Assembly: GCA_946965045.2 (NCBI GenBank)
Contig: OX337237.1
Location: 2,108,001-2,172,000, forward strand
Direction: 5' to 3'
Length of the DNA stretch: 64,000 nucleotides
From: Epithemia pelagica
Lineage: Eukaryota > Protista > Bacillariophyta
Of the stretch, positions 11,550 through 23,063 are shown piece by piece; position 1 is the stretch's first letter, and every line of letters starts with the position of its first letter. The position numbers were made by a program, and so were the translations under genes. Under the pieces are notes generated by a model that ran no database searches, was not told the origin of the DNA, and worked only from the letters and a program-made list of their open reading frames with translations.

Positions 11550-12878
11550 ATGTCGATCAAGAGGGTGCCAATCGATCTCAGATTGCCATCGTTGCAACAT
11601 TACTTGTGTTTGAGCTTCGTCTTGTTCCAAGCTTTTTCCATTTCTTCATATCGCGTCCATGCATGGATAGGCTCGACTTCAGTATCTCTGCACACACACT
11701 TGAGGAACCAGCAGTTTGTATCTTCCGGTCGACGTTTTGCACATTCCGACGAGTCGGAACCAGAGGTATCTGATACGGACCAGAAACCAAGTCAAGCGTC
11801 TTCATTTTCAAACGTGGCAGAGAACGATATTGACAAAGAAATGGCGCATCGCATCATGTATAATCAACAATCCCGTCGACGAGAGTCCATGCACTATCAA
11901 ATCATTGCAGCCAAGGAAACCGAAGATTTGGCTCGCCGAATGGAGGAATCCTATCCAGATCGATTCACCTTTCACAAATCTAATTGGAATAAATTCCCGG
12001 ATGGGACGGATCAAATTGAAATTGGTGGATTCTACCCTCACAATCTTCTTTCGGGTGAACACGTCATGTTCCTGGCTTCCTTTCACAACAATGATGTCAC
12101 ATTGTCTCAGTTTCAAGTCATGATCTGTTTGTTGCAATCTTTCATTGAAAGCTTGACGGTTGTCCTGCCATTTTCTCCCGTGGGTACCATGGAACGTGTT
12201 ATTCGGGAAGGACAGGTCGCGACGGCCGCTACCTATGCGCACATGTTTTCCAGCTTGCCCAATTGCGGTCGCCCAACACGTCTCATGGTATACGATTTGC
12301 ATACCTTGCAAAACCGATTTTACTTGCATGGTAATGCGGTGGCCAGTTTGCAAACGGCCATTCCCTTGCTCAAGCAAGAACTGGTCGGTCACAAGGTAAA
12401 TTGTGTGGCCTTCCCCGATGACGGAGCCGCCAAACGATTTGGTGCCTTTTTTGAAGACATGGAAGTTATTGTATGTGGGAAGACCCGGGGAGAGGGCGAC
12501 AGTCGACGAGTGGTGATTCAAGATGGAGCGGAAATGGCAGCTGGGCAACATATTGTAATTGTGGACGATTTGGTTCAAACTGGTGGGACGCTGTACGAAA
12601 CAGGTAAGGTATTACGAGAAGCGGGCGCGGCATCGGTACATGCATTTTGTTCCCATGCCGTTTTCCCCAATCAATCATGGAAGCGATTCAATGTAGGCGG
12701 CGATCGCGCCTGTTTTGAAACGTTTTGGGTTACGAATTCCATCCCCACGGTGACAGATGAACTCCCAGTGCAAGATGGAGTTTTCAAAGTATTGGACTTG
12801 ATGGATCTCATTATTCATGATCTTGATCATTATAACGCGGACGCAATGCAGTTCAAAAAACCCTCCAAACAGTCATGA
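11550..12878 (+). CDS. PRS: Ribose-phosphate pyrophosphokinase, class II (plant PRS3/4-like), with possible plastid presequence
   Basis: VMFLASF, VLPFSPVGTMER, AFPDDGAAKRF and the PRPP-binding IVIVDDLVQTGGTL. The N-terminus is hydrophobic and ends in VHA-W. Confidence 0.92.
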   Translation: MSIKRVPIDLRLPSLQHYLCLSFVLFQAFSISSYRVHAWIGSTSVSLHTHLRNQQFVSSGRRFAHSDESEPEVSDTDQKPSQASSFSNVAENDIDKEMAHRIMYNQQSRRRESMHYQIIAAKETEDLARRMEESYPDRFTFHKSNWNKFPDGTDQIEIGGFYPHNLLSGEHVMFLASFHNNDVTLSQFQVMICLLQSFIESLTVVLPFSPVGTMERVIREGQVATAATYAHMFSSLPNCGRPTRLMVYDLHTLQNRFYLHGNAVASLQTAIPLLKQELVGHKVNCVAFPDDGAAKRFGAFFEDMEVIVCGKTRGEGDSRRVVIQDGAEMAAGQHIVIVDDLVQTGGTLYETGKVLREAGAASVHAFCSHAVFPNQSWKRFNVGGDRACFETFWVTNSIPTVTDELPVQDGVFKVLDLMDLIIHDLDHYNADAMQFKKPSKQS

Positions 12879-13122
12879 CACCATAGTATCTGGAACTCCG
12901 ACGCACTCTGTTCTGTGATAAACTGTAGCAAGATACCGTAGTAACCTCCGATACTCCTCATCATGTTACGTTATAACGACGACTTTTCAGTGAGTATGTG
13001 TGAATAAGGATCGATCAGACTAGTGAAATTAAAATGAAGATATTTTTTAACAATGACAAATGATGGTGAATGCGGTCCCCAGGTACATACTGTCCTGACG
13101 GTCGAAAAACCACAGGGGATGC

Positions 13123-14370
13123 TCACAGGCCAGTTCTTCGTTGTTTCGTTGCTGATATGGATGTTGATTCACCTGGCATTTCCACATCCTTTTCGGCTGG
13201 TTGAGGAGGAGGTGGAGGAGCGGGGGCCGCCGAAGCTTTGCTTTTGCTTTCACTCATTTTCACCAATGTATACAAGAGCGATCCGCCCAATACGGTAAAA
13301 ATCCCAACAATACCCAAAAGAGTGGCCGGGTTGCCCCAAATGTAAAATGCCATCATGGACTGAACCGCCGCTGCAGATTGAAGAACACATTATTGCAGAA
13401 AAATCAAACCCAGCGGAAACGGAGATAGCAGAGCAATGTTAAGATTCAAGAATCGTTAGAGAACAATCGCTGCTTCACGGGTCCCTTAGTGCGGACGCGA
13501 ACTACACGCACCTTTCGCTGTTCCACTAATGTTATGTGTCAAGGGAGATGTGGCCTTGATCTGTAAAACTGTAACGATACCAATGGAGAAGCCAAAGAAG
13601 CCGGCAACCATCATGGCGGCCCAAAAAATGGAGGAGAAGAATTGCCCCGAAACCATGGCGACAAAGACGGGTTGGTGTTCAAAGATCAATATCAAGGGAA
13701 GGAACATGAGACTGGCATTAACATTGTTGTAGTACGTCAATCTCCAATGATCATTGTCAACAGCCGGTAAGACCTTTTTGGTATAAATAGAATTGAGGGA
13801 AACAAACAGCGAGGATGCTACACCAGCAATGGTTCCCTTGAGGGAAAAGTTCACTTCTCCATTGGATCCCAAAAAGAAACCAAGAATGACAACAGCCAAA
13901 CAGCCCATGGTCTTGGTTGACGTATGTTGCGAGAGCATGATAGAACTGAAGACGACGTTAAAGACAATCGTCAAGGACCGTGCGACATTGTAAAAGCTCA
14001 CTTCAACCCATTTCAAGCACAAATTGTTGAAAGTGATCATGCCGACAAAAATAACGGAGAGAGGAAACACTTTTTGCCCCGTCACAATCTTGTACTCCGC
14101 CTTGGGGAATTGAGCAAAGAAGGACGCCTTGCCATCCGCCGTAGACGTCCCATGCAACTTTTTGTAGTGCTCGCCTACAACACCCGCGGCATAGCAAATA
14201 AGCGACGTGACAATGCATTGAAACCATGTCACGAACAGCGGAGCAGGAATGGAAATACCTTCACTGCTCATCAAAACCTTGTTCAAATAGACCATACTAA
14301 TGGAAACAAACCAGTAGGTCGCCACCACGCTGGCGATGTAGGCGTGGTCATTGCCATCGCCACTTCCCAT
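13123..14370 (-). CDS. GDP-fucose transporter (SLC35C1-like nucleotide-sugar transporter); intron 13371-13511
   Basis: YWFVSISMVYLNK, PLFVTWFQC, FNNLCLKWVEVSFYNVARSLTIVFNV, TSPLTHNISGTAK. Splicing restores KAAVQS. Confidence 0.92.
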
Positions 14371-14886
14371 GATGATGATGATGATGATGATAAAAGTTAA
14401 ACTGCAGAAATCCAATCCCTCTCAAAGTTCTTCTTCAAGACTGCACCAGTTTTAGTGCGAATGCCTTTCTCTTGAAGGGAAGCGCTATTCAATTGATAAC
14501 CTCACAGCAACGAACGGGGCAACCGCAGCTACAACATCCAATCCTCTGTCGATGATGGAAAAAGGGTCACGCAAGAAAAGGCATGAAGTCACTGCTATCT
14601 TCGATGGGCCCATGCTGGGGGAAAAAGATGCGCGAGTCAACCCAAGAATCTTGCGCGAATCGGATGTGCGACGGCGTGTTATGGAGATCCCCTGGCGCGC
14701 ATCTTTTCTCCGGACGGACGGGCGCGGACCGCGACGCGCTTCAAGATCCATCTCCTTGGCCATAACCGACAGTCCGATTCCTCAACCTTGACAAGCTACT
14801 GCTACTTCTCTAAATTTCCTTTATTTGTTCAGGTCATTTTGCATCGTTCAAAGAAGACGTGTTGTCGTTGGTGTTCAGTTGACCTT

Positions 14887-16755
14887 ATGGGAAATTCTAC
14901 AATGACGCCATCCACTCCCTTGATGCCCATGAAGAACCAGCAGGGACCTCATCCAAGTGTCGGTGATGAATGTCCTCCTTTTCTACGAGCTGAAACATCT
15001 GTATCATCATCGTCCTCGTCATCGATTCTTGGGCGTTTGGACACAACAACAAATCCGCAAGACCATCGTCAATCACCGAACCCTCCGCTTTCACAAGGCG
15101 ACAACTGTACTGACTCTTGTGCTTGTTCAAGCGCGGCCTCTCGAGGGCGCAGCTCTTACCATAACCTCCGTAGTTCTGTGGTAACAATCGAGAACAAATG
15201 CAATGACAATCATGGCCAAGACGAAAATATCGTCACTGAAGAAATGATGCAAGCCTGGCTGTGTAGGCCTATCAGTTCCAATGATGACGAATCTGAAGCG
15301 GGCCTTCCCTCGGCGTCAGTGTCGCAACAACAACCATACTCGCTTCATGGATCAGCCCGAAAATCCTACCTATCTTGGGATGACTATTTTATGGCGACAG
15401 CCTGCTTATCGTCTTTGCGATCCAAGGAACCACCACCAACGGGCCAAGGTCCAGATATGGAGGATCATGTACGGGGAGGTTGCTGTATTGTCCACTCCGA
15501 AACCAAGCGCATCTTGGCAGTGGGATATACCGGATTTCCACGAGCCACATCCGACGAAGTACTGCCCTGGCATGACGCTGCGAAACCACCTGTTCCCTCC
15601 AATGAACAGGAAGACGCCAACAGCAACAACAATGCTACTCCTCGTCGGCCATGGTTGTGGACTAGAGAACCCTATGTCGTCCATGCGGCCGTGAATGCAA
15701 TTCTCAACAATCACAGCAAGGGTCACAACAGTTTGGCGGGTGCTCGCATGTATTTGACACACTTTCCATGTCACGAATGTGCCAGAGTGCTCATTCAAGC
15801 GGGGATTCGACACGTCATATACCAGCAACGGTCCATATCCACCAATCGTCCCCCGTCGACAAGGATAGGACAGCAGCTTCTTCAGGTGGTGACATGTAGT
15901 AGTGGTGCCAGTGGAGACGAAGCGGCCGCACAAGAATCCATCGCCGCTAGTCGAATCATGCTTCAGCTGGCTGGTGTCCGGGTACAGACCTTTCGACCTC
16001 AAAAGTCCACGGGAACAGATATTCAAATTTCCTTGCAAGCTTCCGTGATACCATCACCAGCTTCAAAGCTCGAATCGGATTCTCAGCGCGAAAATGCATC
16101 CTATTCGATCAACAATCAGACCATTCATGAAACGAACGATTTGCATTTGAGGCACAAATTTCGTGATTTGGTGAAGAAAGAGACACGTGGATATGATCCG
16201 GTAGTTGAATCTTCAGGTCGTCGTCCAAGTCACAATGCTGGCGTTTTGCTATCCTGGAAGGACTATTTTATGGCCCTTGCAAGTTTGACTGCGCAACGAA
16301 GCAAGGATCCGAATACGCAAGTTGGAGCTTGTCTCGTCGATTCAGCAACGAATCGTATTGTTGGCTTAGGGTACAATGGTTTTCCCACGGGATGTTCCGA
16401 TCAAGTCTTGCCATGGGGACGCGGCGGGAGCGGGAGTACACTCCAGTCAAAATACATGTACGTATGCCATGCCGAAGTAAATGCTATTCTGAATCGAATC
16501 GATGACACGGCCACTACCCATCAACAAGATACCACCCTCTATGTGGCTTTGTTCCCTTGTCACGCCTGCGCAAAGGTCATCGTGCAGACGGGGAATATTC
16601 GGCGAATTGTCTATCAACATGACAAATACCATGACTCAGATTCTTGTCGAGCATCACGCATTCTTCTCACCATGGCCAACATTGAATTGGTTCCTTATCG
16701 GCCTGATACAAGCGACACCTCCATCACCATTTCCCTCTCACCATGCGCTCGTTAG
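14887..16755 (+). CDS. DCTD: dCMP deaminase with two tandem deaminase domains; the first lacks the catalytic Glu
   Basis: Domain 1: SWDDYFM...HAAVNA...PCHEC. Domain 2: SWKDYFM...RSKDPNTQVGAC...GYNGFP...HAEVNA...PCHAC. Confidence 0.92.
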   Translation: MGNSTMTPSTPLMPMKNQQGPHPSVGDECPPFLRAETSVSSSSSSSILGRLDTTTNPQDHRQSPNPPLSQGDNCTDSCACSSAASRGRSSYHNLRSSVVTIENKCNDNHGQDENIVTEEMMQAWLCRPISSNDDESEAGLPSASVSQQQPYSLHGSARKSYLSWDDYFMATACLSSLRSKEPPPTGQGPDMEDHVRGGCCIVHSETKRILAVGYTGFPRATSDEVLPWHDAAKPPVPSNEQEDANSNNNATPRRPWLWTREPYVVHAAVNAILNNHSKGHNSLAGARMYLTHFPCHECARVLIQAGIRHVIYQQRSISTNRPPSTRIGQQLLQVVTCSSGASGDEAAAQESIAASRIMLQLAGVRVQTFRPQKSTGTDIQISLQASVIPSPASKLESDSQRENASYSINNQTIHETNDLHLRHKFRDLVKKETRGYDPVVESSGRRPSHNAGVLLSWKDYFMALASLTAQRSKDPNTQVGACLVDSATNRIVGLGYNGFPTGCSDQVLPWGRGGSGSTLQSKYMYVCHAEVNAILNRIDDTATTHQQDTTLYVALFPCHACAKVIVQTGNIRRIVYQHDKYHDSDSCRASRILLTMANIELVPYRPDTSDTSITISLSPCAR

Positions 16756-16850
16756 TTTTGTTGTGGCGGCATGAATGATGGCCGCAAAAATGGATGATAC
16801 TCGATCAAGTAAGACACAACTTGATTCCTCTGTTTTCAGCGGCTCCGAGA

Positions 16851-16936
16851 TACTGGTCGAGGATGAGAGCAACGCTTAAGTGGAATGGAAGGTTACTGGT
16901 CGAGGATGAGAGCAACGCTTCAGTGGAATGGAAGGT
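16851..16936. repeat. 43-bp tandem duplication
   Basis: TACTGGTCGAGGATGAGAGCAACGCTT(A/C)AGTGGAATGGAAGGT occurs twice, starting at 16851 and 16894. Confidence 0.95.
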
Positions 16937-17279
16937 TTCTTAGTGTTCTCCTCGTTCCACTGTAAGGTTCCTAGGAGTACTCACACTCCTAGAGGAGTAT
17001 TTTGATCGACAAGGTACTGGTAGTGCTCCTAGCTGCTTCAGCTTGCCGCTCGTGCGCATTCGCAAAATCAGTCCCGCGGTACCCAAAATTCTGATTGGAC
17101 GAACTAAATGGCGGTCGCTTTTCGCAAGATTGCTCACTTTTTGCTCAAAAGGAACTCTTCTTTGACACCTCCCCTTCGGAAAGTGTCCATCAAAGGATCG
17201 GTTCATGTCCAGCCCCAAAGAAAAGATCCCAAGATCCGAACTTCATAATAAGCACCACCCAGCCTAGCTCATAGCTTTA

Positions 17280-17882
17280 ATGACGTCTGTTTTTGTTCTA
17301 CAGCCAAGCATATCCGAAATCGAAGAAGAAACCATGATGAAACTATCCCCCTACGCGCCCGAATTCTTTCCCTCGTCGACTTTAAAGCCGGACGTCGACC
17401 TCTGCATTTTCAATGATGGGGTGCCGTCACTTGTGATGTCATCCCATTCTACTATATCTGAGCTAATTGATGGAATCCCAGACGAAGCGTTGGACGAAGC
17501 GTTTTATCCCTCCGCCCACGAAGTGACTGAGCTCGAAGACATGAAGGATTTCGTTGAAATGATGGCTGCTCTTTCATACATGGAAGAATGCGAAGAGCGC
17601 GCCCGAACAACGTTTAGCCACATCAAGAAACGATGGGAATCTCGTCGTGTCGAAGGTCTTAGTGGACGACCTCGGCCAGCCAAACATCTCATCAAAGCAG
17701 CTCTACATGGCGTGACTCCTTCATCACGGGCTTTGGTTTGTTATCAAAACCAAGCCAACCGTATCATGCATGACCAGCAGATGCTCCATCGTGACACAGA
17801 TCTACGTGTCAAGCACAGGGACATTGCCAGTCGCAAGCAGAAACATCATTACACAATCCAACAACCGCGCAAACTCAATTAG
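17280..17882 (+). CDS. Small protein with PAM2 (PABP-interacting)-like motif
   Basis: 200-aa ORF with N-terminal KLSPYAPEFFPS, which fits the PAM2 consensus LxxxAxEFxP. Confidence 0.65.
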   Translation: MTSVFVLQPSISEIEEETMMKLSPYAPEFFPSSTLKPDVDLCIFNDGVPSLVMSSHSTISELIDGIPDEALDEAFYPSAHEVTELEDMKDFVEMMAALSYMEECEERARTTFSHIKKRWESRRVEGLSGRPRPAKHLIKAALHGVTPSSRALVCYQNQANRIMHDQQMLHRDTDLRVKHRDIASRKQKHHYTIQQPRKLN

Positions 17883-19135
17883 ACCACAGTACTTGCCTCA
17901 ATTACCCCGAGATGTATCTCAGCGATTAAAATCCATTGTGGATAACTCACGAGACACCTAACTTCCAATCTACTCAAGAAACATGTCACAAAAAATATTT
18001 ATATGCAGTATGGATAACTCACAGACCTTCACTTTGAAAAAGATACGCACAAGCAAAAACACTGACGAACGCCAATGTCACTTTCGGGATATGGCTCTCA
18101 CTTACCAGAAACGCGAGAAAAAAGAACCGATGAACTCCGACTACACATGATAATTCAACTCATACTCCGACATCAAGAAGCAAAGAAAACATGCCATGCA
18201 TACCCCACAGTATTGGGGTAGCTCTCATGCTGAAAGATGCCCTAGGCTTGTTGTAAATAAACATATCTCTAGAAATTCTCTTCTAAAGGACATGAAGTAT
18301 TGTAAATGAGTGAATAGGGATTATTCCATTGTTTGACGACCTAGGAGTACTCCCTCTACAATAGAGGTAGATGTCCTTCCCGGCCAAGCTCATAGTACTC
18401 CTATCTCCTATCACGTTTCTGTAAATGCACACGCGAGCTAGCCCTATCCCTTTCGGAGCACAATTCAAAACTTCAGCGTGTTGTTTTAGGATATGTTCCT
18501 CCATGGTCACCAACAATCCTATTGCAGATTGCAGTTGTATGAGTAGTAGTACTTGAACGCTCGGTTTGACTATCGATCGCTCTGGACGCATACTTGCTAC
18601 GAATTGTTGATTGTTTTAATTTGCGGTAAAGCTTGGTTGTGGTCTGGGCGTAACCTTCCAAATTGTGGTGCCCCGTTTCTTTAGCGGGAGAGGCTGCAGC
18701 CAGCATCGTCCGACGTCCGAGGGTCAATGATCTTCAACAAAACAAGAGGTAAGTGTCCGACATTGATGCTACCACGTTCTGTAAATGTCACCAATGGTAA
18801 CGATGAACTTGTGTATGTGTCCAACGAGACATGAGTGGATTCAATCGGGAGATCGCCCGAGACGGCACGTTGCGCAGGATGCTGCATACACAAAATAACA
18901 CTGGGTCCACATAATTGAAGGACGGTCTGTGCCATCCGCAACAATTATGAATGGCCTGCAACGGAGTTGCTTCGTTTTCTCCCCTTTGAACTTGATCGAT
19001 TGACTACAGTTGGAATCGAAATTGTGATCTGTGCATGGGCATATCGAATGCTCACTTGGTGCATTTTTCTTCCATTTCCGAAAACGCAAAAAACAGTCGA
19101 TTTCATAGGAAGACTCGTGCGCGCCAAGGAAAGCG

Positions 19136-20704
19136 ATGGAAGCTGCAAGTACGGCATCATCTACTTCAGCAGCATCAGTAGAAGGACCGAGTGTAGGTGG
19201 AAACGTAGATTATCTGAATCTTGGCATGTTCAGTAGCGGCAGTCAACAACAGCATTCAGGTGATGTGCTGGTGGGAAGCGGATTTGGAAGTGCTCTGGGG
19301 AATGGTTTTGGCAGTAATGATGTAACATCAGCTGTCGGCGGGGTTACCACTTCTTCATCAACAGCAACTTCATCAACAGCAGCAACGACGAACACAGGGA
19401 CATCCTTTGATTTAAGTGATTTTCCAAGTTTAGGCGGAGCCGGAGCTGCTGGTGGCAACAACAGCACAAGTAATGGACTCGCCGCAGCCCTGAGACAACA
19501 GCAACTGCTTGCACACCAGCAGCAACAACATCAGCAACAACAGCAAATGCTCCAGTCTGGGTCATCAAAAAGCTCGGGAATGTATCGGCTAGCAATGACA
19601 GGAGCAAATGGGAACTTCAACATGGCAACAGAGGACTTCCCGGCATTATCTTCATCAGGCGGACCGGCACCAACAACAACAAGTTCGAACAACAACGTAG
19701 GAGCTGGAGGTGGATCAAACACATCACTGGCATCGGTCACGTCGTCGTTGTTGGCGGGAGCAACAAGCGCACCTTCAATATCCAGAACGCCATCAAATGG
19801 AGGTGCGTCGGGGCTTTATGGTGAGGTAGAAAGCGGAAACGCACATTTGGACGGCAGTGCAGGATTGTTATCTGGAACGGGGCTGACTGGGTTGGGAGGC
19901 CTCCGGGGTTTACAACAACCATCAAGTGCACCAAACCAAACTCAGCAACAAACATCAATGTCACGAGCACCGACTTCTTCCTCAGGACCATCTGGTGGAG
20001 GTTCCGGTCCAATCGGTAGTGGTCCAGCTTCGTCCTCTTCATCAGGACTTGTGGGATCGGGCGCAGTAGCAGGAACGGCTTTGCAAGGAGACTATGGTTT
20101 GCTTGGACTGTTAGGAGTGATCCGGATGACTGACGCAGATCGGAATGCGCTTGCGCTGGGCTCTGATCTTACGTTGCTTGGTCTAAACCTTGGGTCTGCT
20201 GAACATATATACAACACATTCTCGAGTCCCTGGGCGTCTGCAGAAGCTTCGCAATCAACGAAGGATCCTCATTATCAGGTGAGATTGGCTGAGAATTCGC
20301 TCAGGCTTTGCGTTGTGGCACTTCACTAACCAGTTTTGAACTGATTACAGCTTCCATCGTGCTATTACATGCAGCCACCTGCATTGAAGACGGGTCATTT
20401 GTCCAAATTTCAGCTGGAAACGCTGTTTTACATCTTCTACGCTTTACCAAAGGATGTGCTGCAGGCATATGCGGCCCAGGAACTGTACTCGCGGGAATGG
20501 AGGTACCATGGTGAGCTCAAGCTGTGGTTCAAGAGAGCTGGTCCCGCCGATGGTCTCGCAAACACTTCTACTGGGTCCCCTCAGTACCTGTATTTTGACA
20601 TTAACTCGTGGGAACGCCGTCTGTTCAATGGCAACATGAACCAGAACATAACCAACGGTTTTTTACCAGAGGAAGATGTTCGAGTGAAATTTCCGAACTC
20701 GTAA
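19136..20704 (+). CDS. CNOT2: CCR4-NOT complex subunit NOT2; intron 20279-20350
   Basis: DFPSL and EDFPAL motifs, YGLLGLL...ALGSDLTLLGLNL...TFSSPW, and the NOT-box ETLFYIFYALPKD...LYSREWRYH. Confidence 0.93.
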
Positions 20705-20892
20705 TGGTGGCAATAAGTCGTTATTATTGGTTCGGTGGCTGAAGCCAAATGTCGTATGGTGTTTCCAAATGTTGCAGCTATAGAACTAATAAAATGACTA
20801 TTACTACATAGAAGAGTCGAACATTTCATTTGCTGCATCTAGACGCAGATGGCCGGAGAACTAGTCGACGCGAGGGGTAGGTAAGTGCATGT

Positions 20893-22794
20893 CTATCGGC
20901 CGTTGGGAGCCGTTTCCTTGCATTCGGGGATGAACCTGTCCACATCAATCGGATATAGACTCTTGATGCGTTTGTGCTCTTGTCTGGCGTAATGTTCTAA
21001 TGAAGTCCAAACACTAATGTTGTTCTTTGCTCGAGAAAAAGACGGTATTCCACGAGGATGACGACGTTCCAACCATTCCAGAATACCTTCAGGGATTTCG
21101 GTAGCCAAGGTGCTACTAAGGTAACTGGAATTGATAGACAGTAAATGATCCACGGCTTGCGTCAACTCCAGGAGAGTCTCGGCTAGCGAGAAGTAGTCTT
21201 GACCATATATTAACTCCTGAAGCTGCCACAAATGCAAGGCCGTCACAATCAGTCGTCCAAAAAACCTGCTGCGTTGCGATACAGACGGTAATATATTTTG
21301 TTGCAGCTGGTCTTGCTGTAACAGTAGGTCACACGATTGAAGATGCAGCTCACGACATGAGAGCAACAAGATGTGTTGTTGATTCTGAAGCTGATCTTGG
21401 GCCGTCTCGGCGAGTTGGAGAGCGGCAATCTCCAGCGCTTTCGCGCGTTCAATTTCATCTGCTGGCAATCGGACCAGGTAACTCGGTGACCCTCCACTCT
21501 TGCTAGAACTATCGGACGTGACGTTGCTCAATGGCTGTCCATTCTTTATGATTTCTTGTAGTTCTTCCTCCAACTGACTTGTTGTCTTCTCGATTCTTCG
21601 TTGTATCGGATAGCCTTCCTCTTCGTTGATGCTACCTCTATCGTCCATCAGCAGTGGTTGTATTTGAGAGGGAGGCAAACGATTTCCAATCAATTCCATT
21701 GCATATAGCCAAGGGTTTCTCTCAAATGACACTCCAATGTCAAACCTGTGGTGATCCCAAAGTTGCCATCTCCTTGATGAGTGAGATAGTAATTTAGGTA
21801 AATACGAAATGGTTAAAGGTTCTCCCTGTGCAATTGGACGAATAGCACGGATTTCAGATAAACTTGATTGCGTTCCTGATGGATTATGATTGTTTGGTCC
21901 CCGAAACTTTACACAATTCGGAACATCGGCATGGTTCAGCATCGCTGCAAAGAGAAAAATCCCCGTTTCCAAGCTGTTGTATCGTAGCGCAACAAGAAGT
22001 CTAAGAATATCCAGTCGACCAAAGGCCGTGGTATCGCTGTTGTGAATATTGGATACCAGCGCAAACTGGATTAGACTCGTTATCTGTTCAGATTCTTCGC
22101 CATATTGATTCTCGTATTTGAGTATCATGCCCCTGAGTTGCTGATCCACGGTATCTTTCGTCGATGGGTTTTCGACTTTTCTATTCGGCGACATATTTGA
22201 AGCATCTGATATATCACCGTTGGGACTGCAGGAACTTTTGTCGCCAGTCTTGGCAACGCCTTCTTCATGAAACATCTTGTCCACCAACGTTTTGGTTGGA
22301 TAAAAGTGTTCTAAAGGATGCAAGATACCAGAAGCGTTTGGTTGTTGCAATAAAAAAGCAATGAGATCCAGGTCAATTATCACATTTGGGGCCGGCCACA
22401 AAACCAAAGCTTCTTCCACCATTAATAGTGTTCCAGATGTCACTGGTGACGCGGCTACCAATCCTCGTCCTCCACCAAAACAATCCAGACGAGAGGATAC
22501 TGCCACATTAGGGCTCATATACAGAGGCATGGGCCATGGAAGCTGAATTGTTTCTTTCTCTATCGGGATCTTCAAAATTCGAGAGGCCACGTTAGAAGTA
22601 TAAGTCGGTGCAACAGCTTCAAATGAAGTATCCTTCGAAGCCTTGTTGTTTTTTCCAAATGCCATGGACTCATTCACCTGATTGGCGAGCGATCTCGCAA
22701 CCATCAGGACATCGGGTTTCTCATAAGATGTTTCCGGACCATTTTCCCCTTCTTCATCATCACCAAAGACGGCAAAGGGATCATCGTCTGCCAT
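20893..22794 (-). CDS. SET-domain lysine methyltransferase (SMYD-like split SET)
   Basis: GGRGLVAA (SET-N), IFLFAAMLNHADVPNC and IRAIRPIAQGEPLTISYL, followed by a helical C-terminus. The start was taken at MADDDPF. Confidence 0.8.
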   Translation of the reverse strand: MADDDPFAVFGDDEEGENGPETSYEKPDVLMVARSLANQVNESMAFGKNNKASKDTSFEAVAPTYTSNVASRILKIPIEKETIQLPWPMPLYMSPNVAVSSRLDCFGGGRGLVAASPVTSGTLLMVEEALVLWPAPNVIIDLDLIAFLLQQPNASGILHPLEHFYPTKTLVDKMFHEEGVAKTGDKSSCSPNGDISDASNMSPNRKVENPSTKDTVDQQLRGMILKYENQYGEESEQITSLIQFALVSNIHNSDTTAFGRLDILRLLVALRYNSLETGIFLFAAMLNHADVPNCVKFRGPNNHNPSGTQSSLSEIRAIRPIAQGEPLTISYLPKLLSHSSRRWQLWDHHRFDIGVSFERNPWLYAMELIGNRLPPSQIQPLLMDDRGSINEEEGYPIQRRIEKTTSQLEEELQEIIKNGQPLSNVTSDSSSKSGGSPSYLVRLPADEIERAKALEIAALQLAETAQDQLQNQQHILLLSCRELHLQSCDLLLQQDQLQQNILPSVSQRSRFFGRLIVTALHLWQLQELIYGQDYFSLAETLLELTQAVDHLLSINSSYLSSTLATEIPEGILEWLERRHPRGIPSFSRAKNNISVWTSLEHYARQEHKRIKSLYPIDVDRFIPECKETAPNGR

Positions 22795-23063
22795 TCTGAA
22801 GACGTCTCTTTTTTTTGATAATATGGTTGGTGGCCTGTAGCACGTGGGTCGCGCATCTGGGGATGGTGGATCGGTTCCCAGCGCTACTACAGTTGCCTTG
22901 CCACGGCGCCATTCCAAATTCCCAAGGCGTGACGGCATCCGGGTCGATGTAAGGTAACTTCTTCTTGTTGACTTTGTTTCTGACCACGAGCTTGCTTGGA
23001 GATGACCTTTTGCTTCCATACTTACCTCTACGGCAAGTTTCATTAACAGTCGCGTTGACAAGG

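Noticed and set aside
14371-14391. ORF extension MDFCSLTFIIIIIII upstream of the GDP-fucose transporter
   Set aside because: The poly-Ile comes from an (ATC)n microsatellite in the likely 5' UTR. The ATG at 14370 is the better start.
16851-16936. 43-bp repeat as a regulatory or CRISPR array
   Set aside because: There are only two adjacent copies and no spacer, so it is a simple local duplication.
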